Below are positions 46,880 through 58,704 of a DNA stretch of 64,000 nt, piece after piece (the first letter of the stretch is position 1; each line of letters begins with the position of its first letter). Below the pieces are notes generated by a model. That model saw only the letters and a program-made list of their open reading frames with translations, made no database searches and was not told the DNA's origin. Made by a program: the position numbers and the translations under genes. The stretch lies in NCBI RefSeq assembly GCF_035084215.1, contig NC_090345.1, positions 2,294,001 to 2,358,000 on the forward strand. Reading direction: 5' to 3'. This DNA is from Heptranchias perlo. Lineage: Eukaryota.

Positions 46880-46999
46880 GTAAGGACAACTTCACCCAGG
46901 CCCACCTGGCAAAGACGATCACCAGAGGCAGAGAAACAACGAGCAGAAACTAGTGTATGGAGTGTATGTAAAGTGACATAATGCGAAACACTACATTTT

Positions 47000-48245
47000 G
47001 GTGCAGTACAGGGGGACTGCCGCACTGTCGGAGGGTCAGTACTGAGGGAGCGCTGCACTGTCGGAGGGTCAGTACTGAGGGAGCGCCGCACTGTCGGAGG
47101 GTCAGTACTGAGGGAGTGCTGCACTGTCGGAGGGTCAGTACTGAGGGAGCGCCACACTGTTGGAGGGTCAGTACTGAGGGAGTGCTGCACTGTCGTTTTA
47201 TAGCCAATGAAGTACTTTTGAAGTGTAGTCACTGTTGTAATGTAGGAAATGCGACAGCCAATTTGCACACAGCAAGATCCCACAAACAGCAATGTGATAA
47301 TGACCAGATAATCTGTTTTTTAGTTATGTTGGTTGAGGGATAAATATTGGCCAGGACACCGGGGAGAACTCCTTCAAAATAGTGCCATGGGATCTTTTAA
47401 GACCACCCGAGTGGAGCCTCACTTTAACGTCTCATCTGAAAGCCCCTCCAACAGTTCGGCACTCCCTCAGTACTGACCCTCCGACAGTGCAGCGCTCCCT
47501 CAGTACTGACCCTCCGACAGTGCAGCACTCCCTCAGTACTGACCCTCCGACAGTGCAGCACTCCCTCAGTACTGACCCTCCGACAGTGCAGCGCTCCCTC
47601 AGTACTGACCCTCCGACAGTGCAGCGCTCCCTCAGTACTGACCCTCCGACAGTGCAGCGCTCCCTCAGTACTGACCCTCCGACAGTGCAGCGCTCCCTCA
47701 GTACTGCCCCTCCAACAGTGCAGCGCTCCCTCAGTACTGACCCTCCGACAGTGCAGCGCTCCCTCAGTACTGACCCTCCGACAGTGCAGCGCTCCCTCAG
47801 TACTGACCCTCCGACAGTGCAGCGCTCCCTCAGTACTGCCCCTCCAACAGTGCAGCGCTCCCTCAGTACTGACCCTCCGACAGTGCAGCGCTCCCTCAGT
47901 ACTGACCCTCCGACAGTGCAGCGCTCCCTCAGTACTGACCCTCCGACAGTGCAGCGCTCCCTCAGTACTGACCCTCCGACAGTGCAGCGCTCCCTCAGTA
48001 CTGACCCTCCGACAGTGCGGCACTCCCTCAGTACTGACCCTCCGACAGTGCAGCGCTCCCTCAGTACTGACCCTCCGACAGTGCAGCGCTCCCTCAGTAC
48101 TGACCCTCCGACAGTGCAGCGCTCCCTCAGTACTGCACTGGGAGTGTCGGCCTGGATTTTGTGTTCAGGTCTCTGGAGTGGGATTGAACCCACGACCTTC
48201 TGACTCAGGGGTGAAAGGGTGACCCGCTGAGCCACAGCTGACACT
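47000..48245. mobile_element. Deu-SINE (minus, ~47195-48245) with a 33-bp array (47445-48135), preceded by an inverted array of the same unit (47000-47194)
   Basis: Units ctccgacagtgcagcgctccctcagtactgacc and its reverse complement. Confidence 0.82.
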
Positions 48246-48279
48246 TGGTCTGGGTTTCTTCCACTGCCATTTAAATGAG

Positions 48280-48895
48280 AAACATAGGAACAGGAGGAGG
48301 CCATTCAGCCCATCGAGCCTGTTCCACCATTCAATTAGATCACGGCTGATCTGTATCTTAACTCCATTTACCCGCCTTGGTTCCATTTCCCTTAATCCCC
48401 TCACCCAACAAAAATCGATCAATCTCAGTTTTGAAATTTTCAATTGACCCCCAGCCTCAACAGCTTTTTGGGGGAGAGAGTTCCAGATTCCCACTCCCCT
48501 TTGTGTGAGGAAGTGCTTCCCGACATCACCCCTGAACGGCCTGGCTCTAATTTTAAGGTTCTGCCCCCTTGTTCTGGACTCTCCCAAACAGAGGAAATAG
48601 TTTCTCTATATCTACCCTATCAAATCCTTTAATCATCTTAAACACCTCGATTAGATCACCCCTTAATCTTCGATACTCGAGGGAATACAAGCCTAGTCTG
48701 TGCAACCTGTCCTCGTAATTTAACCCTTTTAGCCCCGGTATCATTCTGGTGAATCTGCGCTGCGCCCCCTCCAAGGCCAATATATCCTTCCTGAGGTGCG
48801 GTGCCCAGAACTGAACACAGTCTCTCCGGACGGGGGTCTGACCAGAGCTTTATATAAACTGTAATATAACTTCCACCCCTGTGTATTCCAGCCCC
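48280..48895 (-). mobile_element. CR1 LINE 3' fragment
   Basis: LEGAQRRFTRMIPGLKGLNYEDRLHRLGLYSLEYRRLRGDLIEVFKMIKG. Confidence 0.9.
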
Positions 48896-49072
48896 GAGGG
48901 TCGAGTCCAATGGTTCCTGGAACTTACACAGATTTATCAGCCCAAGAACCGAAAGATCATGTGACAAGTGATGCGTCCTTGACTGTACATTATTCAAATG
49001 AAGGGAATAGTTTGCTCTGTTTCTGAACCTGTTTCTTTCCTTCCTGTGCTTTTGTCTCTGTTATTTATTTAG

Positions 49073-49198
49073 GAAATTAGCGGGACAAGTCCTGCAACTG
49101 TCGCTGTCTCCAACTTCACCTTCGATCAGAAGGCTGTCTTTGTGATCCACGGATATTTGGAAAATGGAGATGCCAGCTGGGTTATGGATCTGTGCAAG
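49073..49198 (+). CDS. Lipase coding exon 3 (EISGTSPATVAVSNFTFDQKAVFVIHGYLENGDASWVMDLCK)
   Basis: tttag acceptor, AAG|GTATGG donor, 126 nt; IHG(Y) oxyanion-loop motif. Confidence 0.92.
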
Positions 49199-52100
49199 GT
49201 ATGGACTGTGTATCTGTGCAGGGTATGGACTGTGTATCTGTGCAGGGTATGGACTGTGTATCTGTGCAGGGTACGGACTGTGTATCTGTGCAGGGTACGG
49301 ACTGTGTATCTGTGCAGGGTACGGGCTGTGTATCTGTGCAGGGTACGGACTGTGTATCTGTGCAGGGTACGGACTGTGTATCTGTGCAGGGTACGGGCTG
49401 TGTATCTGTGCAGGGGGTGGACTGTGTATCTGTGCAGGGTATGGACTGTGTATCTGTGCAGGGTACGGACTGTGTATCTGTGCAGGGTACGGGCTGTGTA
49501 TCTGTGCAGGGGGTGGACTGTGTATCTGTGCAGGGTATGGACTGTGTATCTGTGCAGGGTATGGACTGTGTATCTGTGCAGGGTATGGACTGTGTATCTG
49601 TGCAGGGGGTGGACTGTGTATCTGTGCAGGGTATGGACTGTGTATCTGTGCAGGGTATGGACTGTGTATCTGTGCAGGGTATGGACTGTGTATCTGTGCA
49701 GGGGGTGGGCTGTGTATCTGTGCAGGGTATGGACTGTGTATCTGTGCAGGGTCTGGGCTGTGTATCTGTGCAGGGTCTGGGCTGTGTATCTGTGCAGGAT
49801 ATGGACTGTGTATCTGTGCAGGGTATGGACTGTGTATCTGTGCAGGGTCTGGGCTGTGTATCTGTGCAGGGTATGGACTGTGTATCTGTGCAGGGTACGG
49901 GCTGTGTATCTGTGCAGGGTACGGGCTGTGTATCTGTGCAGGGTATGGACTGTGTATCTGTGCAGGGTATGGACTGTGTATCTGTGCAGGGTATGGACTG
50001 TGTATCTGTGCAGGGTATGGACTGTGTATCTGTGCAGGGTATGGACTGTGTATCTGTGCAGGGTCTGGGCTGTGTATCTGTGCAGGGTACGGACTGTGTA
50101 TCTGTGCAGGGTACGGACTGTGTATCTGTGCAGGGTACGGACTGTGTATCTGTGCAGGGTACGGACTGTGTATCTGTGCAGGGTACGGGCTGTGTATCTG
50201 TGCAGGGGGTGGACTGTGTATCTGTGCAGGGTATGGACTGTGTATCTGTGCAGGGTACGGACTGTGTATCTGTGCAGGGTACGGGCTGTGTATCTGTGCA
50301 GGGGGTGGACTGTGTATCTGTGCAGGGTATGGACTGTGTATCTGTGCAGGGTATGGACTGTGTATCTGTGCAGGGTATGGACTGTGTATCTGTGCAGGGG
50401 GTGGACTGTGTATCTGTGCAGGGTATGGACTGTGTATCTGTGCAGGGTATGGACTGTGTATCTGTGCAGGGTATGGACTGTGTATCTGTGCAGGGGGTGG
50501 GCTGTGTATCTGTGCAGGGTATGGACTGTGTATCTGTGCAGGGTCTGGGCTGTGTATCTGTGCAGGGTCTGGGCTGTGTATCTGTGCAGGATATGGACTG
50601 TGTATCTGTGCAGGGTATGGACTGTGTATCTGTGCAGGGTCTGGGCTGTGTATCTGTGCAGGGTATGGACTGTGTATCTGTGCAGGGTACGGGCTGTGTA
50701 TCTGTGCAGGGTACGGGCTGTGTATCTGTGCAGGGTATGGACTGTGTATCTGTGCAGGGTATGGACTGTGTATCTGTGCAGGGTATGGACTGTGTATCTG
50801 TGCAGGGTATGGACTGTGTATCTGTGCAGGGTATGGACTGTGTATCTGTGCAGGGTCTGGGCTGTGTATCTGTGCAGGGTACGGACTGTGTATCTGTGCA
50901 GGGTACGGACTGTGTATCTGAGCAGGGGGTGGGCTGTGTATCTGTGCAGGGTATGGACTGTGTATCTGTGCAGGGTCTGGGCTGTGTATCTGTGCAGGGT
51001 CTGGGCTGTGTATCTGTGCAGGGTCTGGGCTGTGTATCTGTGCAGGGTCTGGGCTGTGTATCTGTGCAGGGTATGGACTGTGTATCTGTGCAGGGTACGG
51101 GCTGTGTATCTGTGCAGGGTACGGGCTGTGTATCTGTGCAGGGTATGGACTGTGTATCTGTGCAGGGTATGGACTGTGTATCTGTGCAGGGTCTGGGCTG
51201 TGTATCTGTGCAGGGTACGGACTGTGTATCTGTGCAGGGTCTGGGCTGTGTATCTGTGCAGGGGGTGGGCTGTGTATCTGTGCAGGGTACGGACTGTGTA
51301 TCTGTGCAGGGTCTGGGCTGTGTATCTGTGCAGGGTACGGACTGTGTATCTGTGCAGGGTATGGACTGTGTATCTGTGCAGGGTACGGACTGTGTATCTG
51401 TGCAGGGTCTGGGCTGTGTATCTGTGCAGGGTACGGACTGTGTATCTGTGCAGGGTCTGGGCTGTGTATCTGTGCAGGGTACGGACTGTGTATCTGTGCA
51501 GGGTACAGACTGTGTATCTGTGCAGGGTCTGGGCTGTGTATCTGTGCAGGGGGTGGGCTGTGTATCTGTGCAGGGTATGGACTGTGTATCTGTGCAGGGT
51601 CTGGGCTGTGTATCTGTGCAGGGTCTGGGCTGTGTATCTGTGCAGGGTCTGGGCTGTGTATCTGTGCAGGGGGTGGGCTGTGTATCTGTGCAGGGTCTGG
51701 GCTGTGTATCTGTGCAGGGTACGGACTGTGTATCTGTGCAGGGTACGGACTGTGTATCTGTGCAGGGTCTGGGCTGTGTATCTGTGCAGGGTATGGACTG
51801 TGTATCTGTGCAGGGTCTGGGCTGTGTATCTGTGCAGGGTCTGGGCTGTGTATCTGTGCAGGGTATGGACTGTGTATCTGTGCAGGGGGTGGGCTGTGTA
51901 TCTGTGCAGGGTACGGACTGTGTATCTGTGCAGGGTCTGGGCTGTGTATCTGTGCAGGGTACGGACTGTGTATCTGTGCAGGGTCTGGGCTGTGTATCTG
52001 TGCAGGGGGTGGGCTGTGTATCTGTGCAGGGTATGGACTGTGTATCTGTGCAGGGTCTGGGCTGTGTATCTGTGCAGGGTACGGACTGTGTATCTGTGCA

Positions 52101-52593
52101 GGGTACGGACTGTGTATCTGTGCAGGGTACGGACTGTGTATCTGTGCAGGGTCTGGGCTGTGTATCTGTGCAGGGGGTGGGCTGTGTATCTGTGCAGGGT
52201 ACGGACTGTGTATCTGTGCAGGGTCTGGGCTGTGTATCTGTGCAGGGTACGGACTGTGTATCTGTGCAGGGTACGGACTGTGTATCTGTGCAGGGTACGG
52301 ACTGTGTATCTGTGCAGGGTCTGGGCTGTGTATCTGTGCAGGGTACGGACTGTGTATCTGTGCAGGGTACGGACTGTGTATCTGTGCAGGGTACGGACTG
52401 TGTATCTGTGCAGGGTATGGACTGTGTATCTGTGCAGGGTATGGACTGTGTATCTGTGCAGGGTACGGGCTGTGTATCTGTGCAGGGGGTGGGCTGTGTA
52501 TCTGTGCAGGGTACGGACTGTGTATCTGTGCAGGGTACGGACTGTGTATCTGTGCAGGGTCTGGGCTGTGTATCTGTGCAGGGTCTGGGCTGT
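49199..52593. repeat. 24-bp minisatellite (gtatggactgtgtatctgtgcagg and variants), ~140 copies, starting at the exon donor
   Basis: Direct periodicity; 8-aa periodic ORFs. Confidence 0.98.
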
Positions 52594-53269
52594 GGCCGCT
52601 CTGTCAGCCGGTCACTGTCACGTTCCTCTCCTTGCAGCCGTTGTGTGAAGGCCCTCTCCCACCGTGAAGTGATTCATTCAAACCCCAATTTTAACTTGGG
52701 GTGGGAATCGGGTGGGTGAGCAGGGGGTCACGGAGGGTAGCCAACCTTCCTGACCCCAGTGGAGTGAGACCCGGGAGACTGGAACGCACCTGCATGCCCC
52801 CCGGATGGCGTCCGCCTGGAACTGACGGGAAGTGGGAGCTGGGAGCGGACAGTCAGGTGAGAGGAGGCCACCCCCAGGGACTGAAGGAACGGTCCCCCCC
52901 TCACCCAGGGGAGGGTTACCAGGAGCACCTCACAATTGGTTGAGGTGGGAAGCCCAGGATTGGGGAGGCCTGAACTATCTTTGTAGAGACCAGAGGAGAA
53001 TTCCTGCTCCTTCTGGCCCCACTAAGAGAGTCAGGAGAAGGTAGGAAGGCTCGGCCTCTTTGGGTAACCTCTGACTCTGATTCCTCTTCCCGCTTGCTTG
53101 ACCTGGCGGGAAAGGCAGACTTCGTCTCCCCGCTCAGGCCCGTGGTCAAACTGGGGCCTGATGACCACCCTTGTTATATGTTAATGATCCCGTCCCCAGG
53201 ATTTGAGGCAGGGTCGCTGTGAGGCCAAATCAGTGGGCAGATATAAGATTGCCACGAGCAGAATTCAGG

Positions 53270-53525
53270 AGGAGGAATTTCTGTACAGGGAGTGGTGAGA
53301 ATGCGGAACTCGCTGCCACAAGAAAAGATTAAAGCAGAAAGCACACGCATTTAAGGGGAGGCTTGATGTATACACGAGGGAGAAGGGAATAGAGGGATAT
53401 CGGGGGCGGGGGGAGGGAGGGTGGGAAGAGGTAATTAGAGTGGGAAGAGGCTCCTGTGGAGTATAAGTGCTGGCATAGACCAGTTGGGCCGAATGGCCTG
53501 TTTCTGTGCTGTACATTCTGTGTAG
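53270..53525 (+). mobile_element. Degenerate CR1 3' end
   Basis: gtggtgagaatgcggaactcgctgcc...gggccgaatggcctgtttctgtgctgta. Confidence 0.7.
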
Positions 53526-53586
53526 TTTTGTGATCCCCACGGTGGGTGCTGGGAAATGGTGAGGTCACCAAATTACTGGGAACCAT

Positions 53587-56064
53587 GGGTAAAGACTCAC
53601 TCTGGGTAAAGTCTCACTCTGGATAAAGTCTCACTCTGGGTAAAGTCTCAATCTGGATAAAGTCTCACTCTGGATAAAGTCTCACTCTGGGTAAAGTCTC
53701 ACTCTGGGTAAAGACTCACTCTGGATAAAGTCTCAATCTGGATAAAGTCTCACTCTGGATAAAGTCTCACTCTGGGTAAAGACTCACTCTGGGTAAAGAC
53801 TCACTCTGGATAAAGTCTCAATCTGGATAAAGTCTCACTCTGGGTAAAGTCTCAATCTGGATAAAGTCTCACTCTGGATAAAGTCTCAATCTGGATAAAG
53901 TCTCACTCTGGATAAAGTCTCACTCTGGGTAAAGACTCACTCTGGATAAAGTCTCAATCTGGATAAAGTCTCACTCTGGATAAAGTCTCACTCTGGGTAA
54001 AGACTCACTCTGGGTAAAGACTCACTCTGGATAAAGTCTCAATCTGGATAAAGTCTCACTCTGGATAAAGTCTCACTCTGGGTAAAGACTCACTCTGGAT
54101 AAAGTCTCACTCTGGGTAAAGACTCACTCTGGATAAAGTCTCAATCTGCATAAAGTCTCACTCTGGGTAAAGACTCACTCTGGATAAAGTCTCACTCTGG
54201 GTAAAGACTCACTCTGGGTAAAGACTCACTCTGGATAAAGTCTCACTCTGGGTAAAGACTCACTCTGGATAAAGTCTCACTCTGGATAAAGTCTCAATCT
54301 GGATAAAGTCTCACTCTGGGTAAAGACTCACTCTGGGTAAAGTCTCACTCTGGATAAAGTCTCACTCTGGGTAAAGACTCACTCTGGATAAAGTCTCACT
54401 CTGGGTAAAGTCTCACTCTGGGTAAAGACTCACTCTGGATAAAGTCTCACTCTGGATAAAGTCTCACTCTGGATAAAGTCTCACTCTGGGTAAAGACTCA
54501 CTCTGGATAAAGTCTCACTCTGGGTAAAGACTCACTCTGGATAAAGTCTCAATCTGGATAAAGTCTCACTCTGGGTAAAGACTCACTCTGGATAAAGTCT
54601 CACTCTGGGTAAAGACTCACTCTGGATAAAGTCTCAATCTGGATAAAGTCTCACTCTGGGTAAAGACTCACTCTGGATAAAGTCTCACTCTGGGTAAAGA
54701 CTCACTCTGGATAAAGTCTCACTCTGGATAAAGTCTCAATCTGGATAAAGTCTCACTCTGGGTAAAGACTCACTCTGGGTAAAGACTCACTCTGGGTAAA
54801 GTCTCACTCTGGGTAAAGACTCACTCTGGATAAAGTCTCACTCTGGGTAAAGTCTCACTCTGGGTAAAGACTCACTCTGGATAAAGTCTCACTCTGGGTA
54901 AAGACTCACTCTGGATGAAGTCTCACTCTGGGTAAAGAATCACTCTGGATAAAGTCTCAATCTGGATAAAGTCTCACTCTGGGTAAAGACTCACTCTGGG
55001 TAAAGACTGACTCTGGGTAAAGACTCACTCTGGATAAAGACTCACTCTGGATAAAGACTCACTCTGGGTAAAGACTCACTCTGGATAAAGTCTCACTCTG
55101 GATAAAGACTCACTCTGGATAAAGACTCACTCTGGGTAAAGACTCACTCTGGATAAAGTCTCACTCTGGATAAAGACTCACTCTGGGTCAAGACTCACTC
55201 TGGGTAAAGACTCACTCTGGGTAAAGACTCACTCTGGGTAAAGTCTCACTCTGGGTAAAGACTCACTCTGGATAAAGACTCACTCTGGGTAAAGACTCAC
55301 TCTGGGTCAAGACTCACTCTGGGTAAAGACTCACTCTGGATAAAGTCTCACTCTGGGTAAAGACTCACTCTGGGTAAAGACTCTCTGGGTAAAGTCTCAC
55401 TCTGGATAAAGTCTCACTCTGGGTAAAGACTCACTCTGGATAAAGACTCACTCTGGGTCAAGACTCACTCTGGGTAAAGTCTCACTCTGGGTAAAGACTC
55501 TCTGGGTAAAGTCTCACTCTGGATAAAGACTCACTCTGGATAAAGACTCACTCTGGGTCAAGACTCACTCTGGGTAAAGTCTCACTCTGGATAAAGTCTC
55601 ACTCTGGATAAAGTCTCACTCTGGATAAAGTCTCACTCTGGGTAAAGTCTCACTCTGGGTAAAGTCTCACTCTGGGTAAAGTCTCACTCTGGATAAAGTC
55701 TCACTCTGGATAAAGTCTCACTCTGGGTAAAGTCTCACTCTGGATAAAGTCTCACTCTGGGTAAAGTCTCACTCTGGGTAAATTCTCAATCTGGATAAAG
55801 ACTCACTCTGGATAAAGACTCACTCTGGGTCAAGACTCACTCTGGGTAAAGTCTCACTCTGGGTAAAGACTCACTCTGGATAAAGACTCACTCTGGGTCA
55901 AGACTCACTCTGGATAAAGTCTCACTCTGGGTAAAGACTCACTCTGGATAAAGTCTCACTCTGGATAAAGTCTCACTCTGGATAAAGTCTCACTCTGGAT
56001 AAAGTCTCACTCTGGATAAAGTCTCACTCTGGATAAAGTCTCACTCTGGGTAAAGTCTCACTCT
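53587..56064. repeat. 17-bp minisatellite (ctgg[a/g]taaag[t/a]ctcact) running into the next acceptor
   Basis: Direct periodicity. Confidence 0.98.
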
Positions 56065-56081
56065 GTTTTCTTCCCTTTGAG

Positions 56082-56216
56082 GCGATTCTGCGAGTGGACA
56101 ATGTGAACTGTATTTGCGTTGACTGGAGGGGAGGGTCTCAATGTCCGTTCAGCCAGGCTGCTCAGAACATCCGTGTAGTGGGGGCAGAAATCGCATATTT
56201 CCTTGATGTTCTGGAT
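56082..56216 (+). CDS. Lipase coding exon 4 (AILRVDNVNCICVDWRGGSQCPFSQAAQNIRVVGAEIAYFLDVLD)
   Basis: VNCICVDW and NIRVVGAE motifs; 135 nt; tttgag acceptor, GTAAGT donor. Confidence 0.92.
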
Positions 56217-56224
56217 GTAAGTAA

Positions 56225-56580
56225 TAATCACTACCAATCACCCTATAGAACAGGGGGGAATAATCTAATAGAACAGGAGTAATCACCCTATAGAACAGGA
56301 GTAATCACCCTATCGAACAGGAGGGGAATAATCTGATAGAACAGGAGTAATCACCCTATAGAACAGGAGTAATCACCCCATAGAACAGGAGTAATCACCC
56401 CATAGAACAGGAGGGGAATAATCTGATAGAACAGGAGTAATCACCCTATAGAACAGGAGGGGAATAATCTGATGGAGCACGAATGATCACCTTACATAAT
56501 ACGTGTGAGAATCCTATTGAGCAGAAGTAATCACCTTATAGAATAGGGGTAATCACCCTATAGATGAGGGGTAATAACCT
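56225..56580. repeat. Degenerate ~22-bp repeat (tagaacaggagtaatcacccta)
   Basis: Direct periodicity. Confidence 0.85.
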
Positions 56581-56947
56581 CACCAAACAGGGCAATGCTC
56601 TTATTATATGTAACAATCCTTATTGATTGGGTCAAAAGACCCACATGGTTTTTGATTAGACCACCAGATAAGTCATGTACCCTGGAACTCGATTGTAAGT
56701 GGTTGGATGAGGAGATGATGGGGCATTGGCCAAATGCAATGAGCCATATGGTCCCATTAGAGACAGGCGATCTTCACCCCTCTATCTGGGCTGGATTTGA
56801 ATCCTGCTCCCAGGGTGTTCTAAAGTCACGTTAGATTGAATTGAGAGGGGATTCACACAGAGATTTGGATAGCTCTTCCCTTTGAACTACGAAATTAACT
56901 TCAGATATCTGTCGATTTACCTACCTGCTTCTCTTTTTCTGTCCCAG

Positions 56948-57056
56948 AGCAACTACAATTATACCTTGCCTGATGTGTACCTGGTGGGACATGGTCTGGG
57001 TGCACACACTGCAGGCGAAGCAGGCAGACGAAGGCCAGGCATTGCTCGCATTACTG
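56948..57056 (+). CDS. Lipase coding exon 5 ([37 protein letters not shown]); nucleophile elbow reads GHGLG
   Basis: cccag/GTGAGT boundaries, 109 nt. Confidence 0.93.
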
Positions 57057-57392
57057 GTGAGTCATTCTATCCACACACCCAGTATTAGGTCAACCTGGTG
57101 TTTGAATGGGAGTCAAAGAGAAGGCGTTTGGCCCAATGGAATCCCATATAATGGGAGTCAAAGAGAAGGGGTTTGGCCCATTCAAATACTATTCAATGGG
57201 AATTAATGGGGTAGGTTCGATCTATTGGGATACTATTCAATCATTGGGATTCTACGCAATGGGAATAAATGGGAAGGGGCTCAGTTAGCAATCTGGGATT
57301 AAACCCCCTTTCTGTGATGTCTATGAATATTCTAGTGAAGATCTCGAAAAGCAATTCACGGATAACTGACTGATGCCAGAATTGTTCCACAG

Positions 57393-57512
57393 GGCTTGAT
57401 CCCGTCGAGCCGTACTTCCAGAACACTCCAACTGAAGTCCGACTGGATCCCACTGACGCATCATTCGTTGATGTGATTCATACGGATGGCTCGTCTCACA
57501 TCCTAAGTATTG
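57393..57512 (+). CDS. Lipase coding exon 6 ([41 protein letters not shown])
   Basis: cacag/GTAAGT boundaries, 120 nt; catalytic Asp in LDP retained. Confidence 0.94.
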
Positions 57513-57599
57513 GTAAGTGCTATCGCTGAAATATTCAACAAATGAGATACCTAGGCAGGGGCGACAGTATAAGGTTATTGGACTTACACCAGAGGCAAG

Positions 57600-58690
57600 A
57601 TAGGGCCACTGAGGCAATATTGGGTCATTGGTACTGTAACAGGGGCAGTATAGGGCCACTGGGCTTGTAACAGGGACAGTTTAAGGCTGCTGGGCTTGTA
57701 ACAGGAGCAGTGTTTCTGGCCACTGAGCTTGTAACAGGGGCAGTATAGGGCCACTGGGATTGTAATAGGGGCACTATAGGGCTACTGAGCTTGTAACAGA
57801 TGCAGTATAGGGCCACTGGGCTTGTAACAGAAGCAGTACAGGGCCATTGGGCTTGTAACAGGAGCAGTATAGGGCCACTGGGCTTGTAACAGGGGCAGTA
57901 TAAGGCCACTGGGCTTGTAACAGGAACAGTGTAAGGCCACTGCACTTATAACAGGCAATATAAGGCCACTCAGCTTGTAACAGGGGCAGTATAGGACCAC
58001 TGGGATTACAACAGGGGCAGTATAGGGCCACTGAGCTTGTAACAGGAGCAATAAAGGGCCACTGGGCCTGTAACAGGGCCATTATAGGGCCACTGAGCTT
58101 GTAACAGGGGCAATATAGGGCCACTGAGATTGTAACAGGGGCAGTATAGGGCCACTGAGATTGTAACAGGGGCAGTATGGGGCCACTGAGATTGTAACAG
58201 GGGCAGTATAGAGCCACTGAGATTGTAACAGGGGCAGTATAGGGCCACTGAGATTGTAACAGGGGCAGCATAGGGCCACTGAGCTTGTAATAGGGGCAGT
58301 ATAGGGCCACTGAGATTGTAACAGGGGCAGTATAGGGCCACTGAGCTTGTAACAGGGGCAGTATAGGGCCACTGAGTTTGTAACAGGGGCAGTATAGGGC
58401 CACTGAGCTTGTAACAGGGGCAGTATAGGGCCACTGAGCTTGTAACAGGGGCAGTATAGGGCCACTGAGTTTGTAACAGGGGCAGTATAGGGCCACTGAG
58501 CTTGTAACAGGGGCAGTATAGGGCCACTGAGATTGTAACAGGGGCAGTATAGGGCCACTGAGCTTGTAACAGGGGCAGTATAGGGCCACTGAGTTTGTAA
58601 CAGGGGCAGTATAGGGCCACTGAGATTGTAACAGGGGCAGTATAGGGCCACTGAGATTGTAACAGGGGCAGTACAGGGCCACTGGGCCTG
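57600..58690. repeat. 31-bp minisatellite (tatagggccactgagcttgtaacaggggcag), diverged at the left end and homogeneous at the right
   Basis: Direct periodicity. Confidence 0.95.
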
Positions 58691-58704
58691 TAAATTAAGA
58701 GATG

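Noticed and set aside
49164-52719. Keratin-associated-like or Cys-rich repeat proteins (585 and 1175 aa) as standalone genes
   Set aside because: Alternative frames of an intronic 24-mer array with no independent gene structure.
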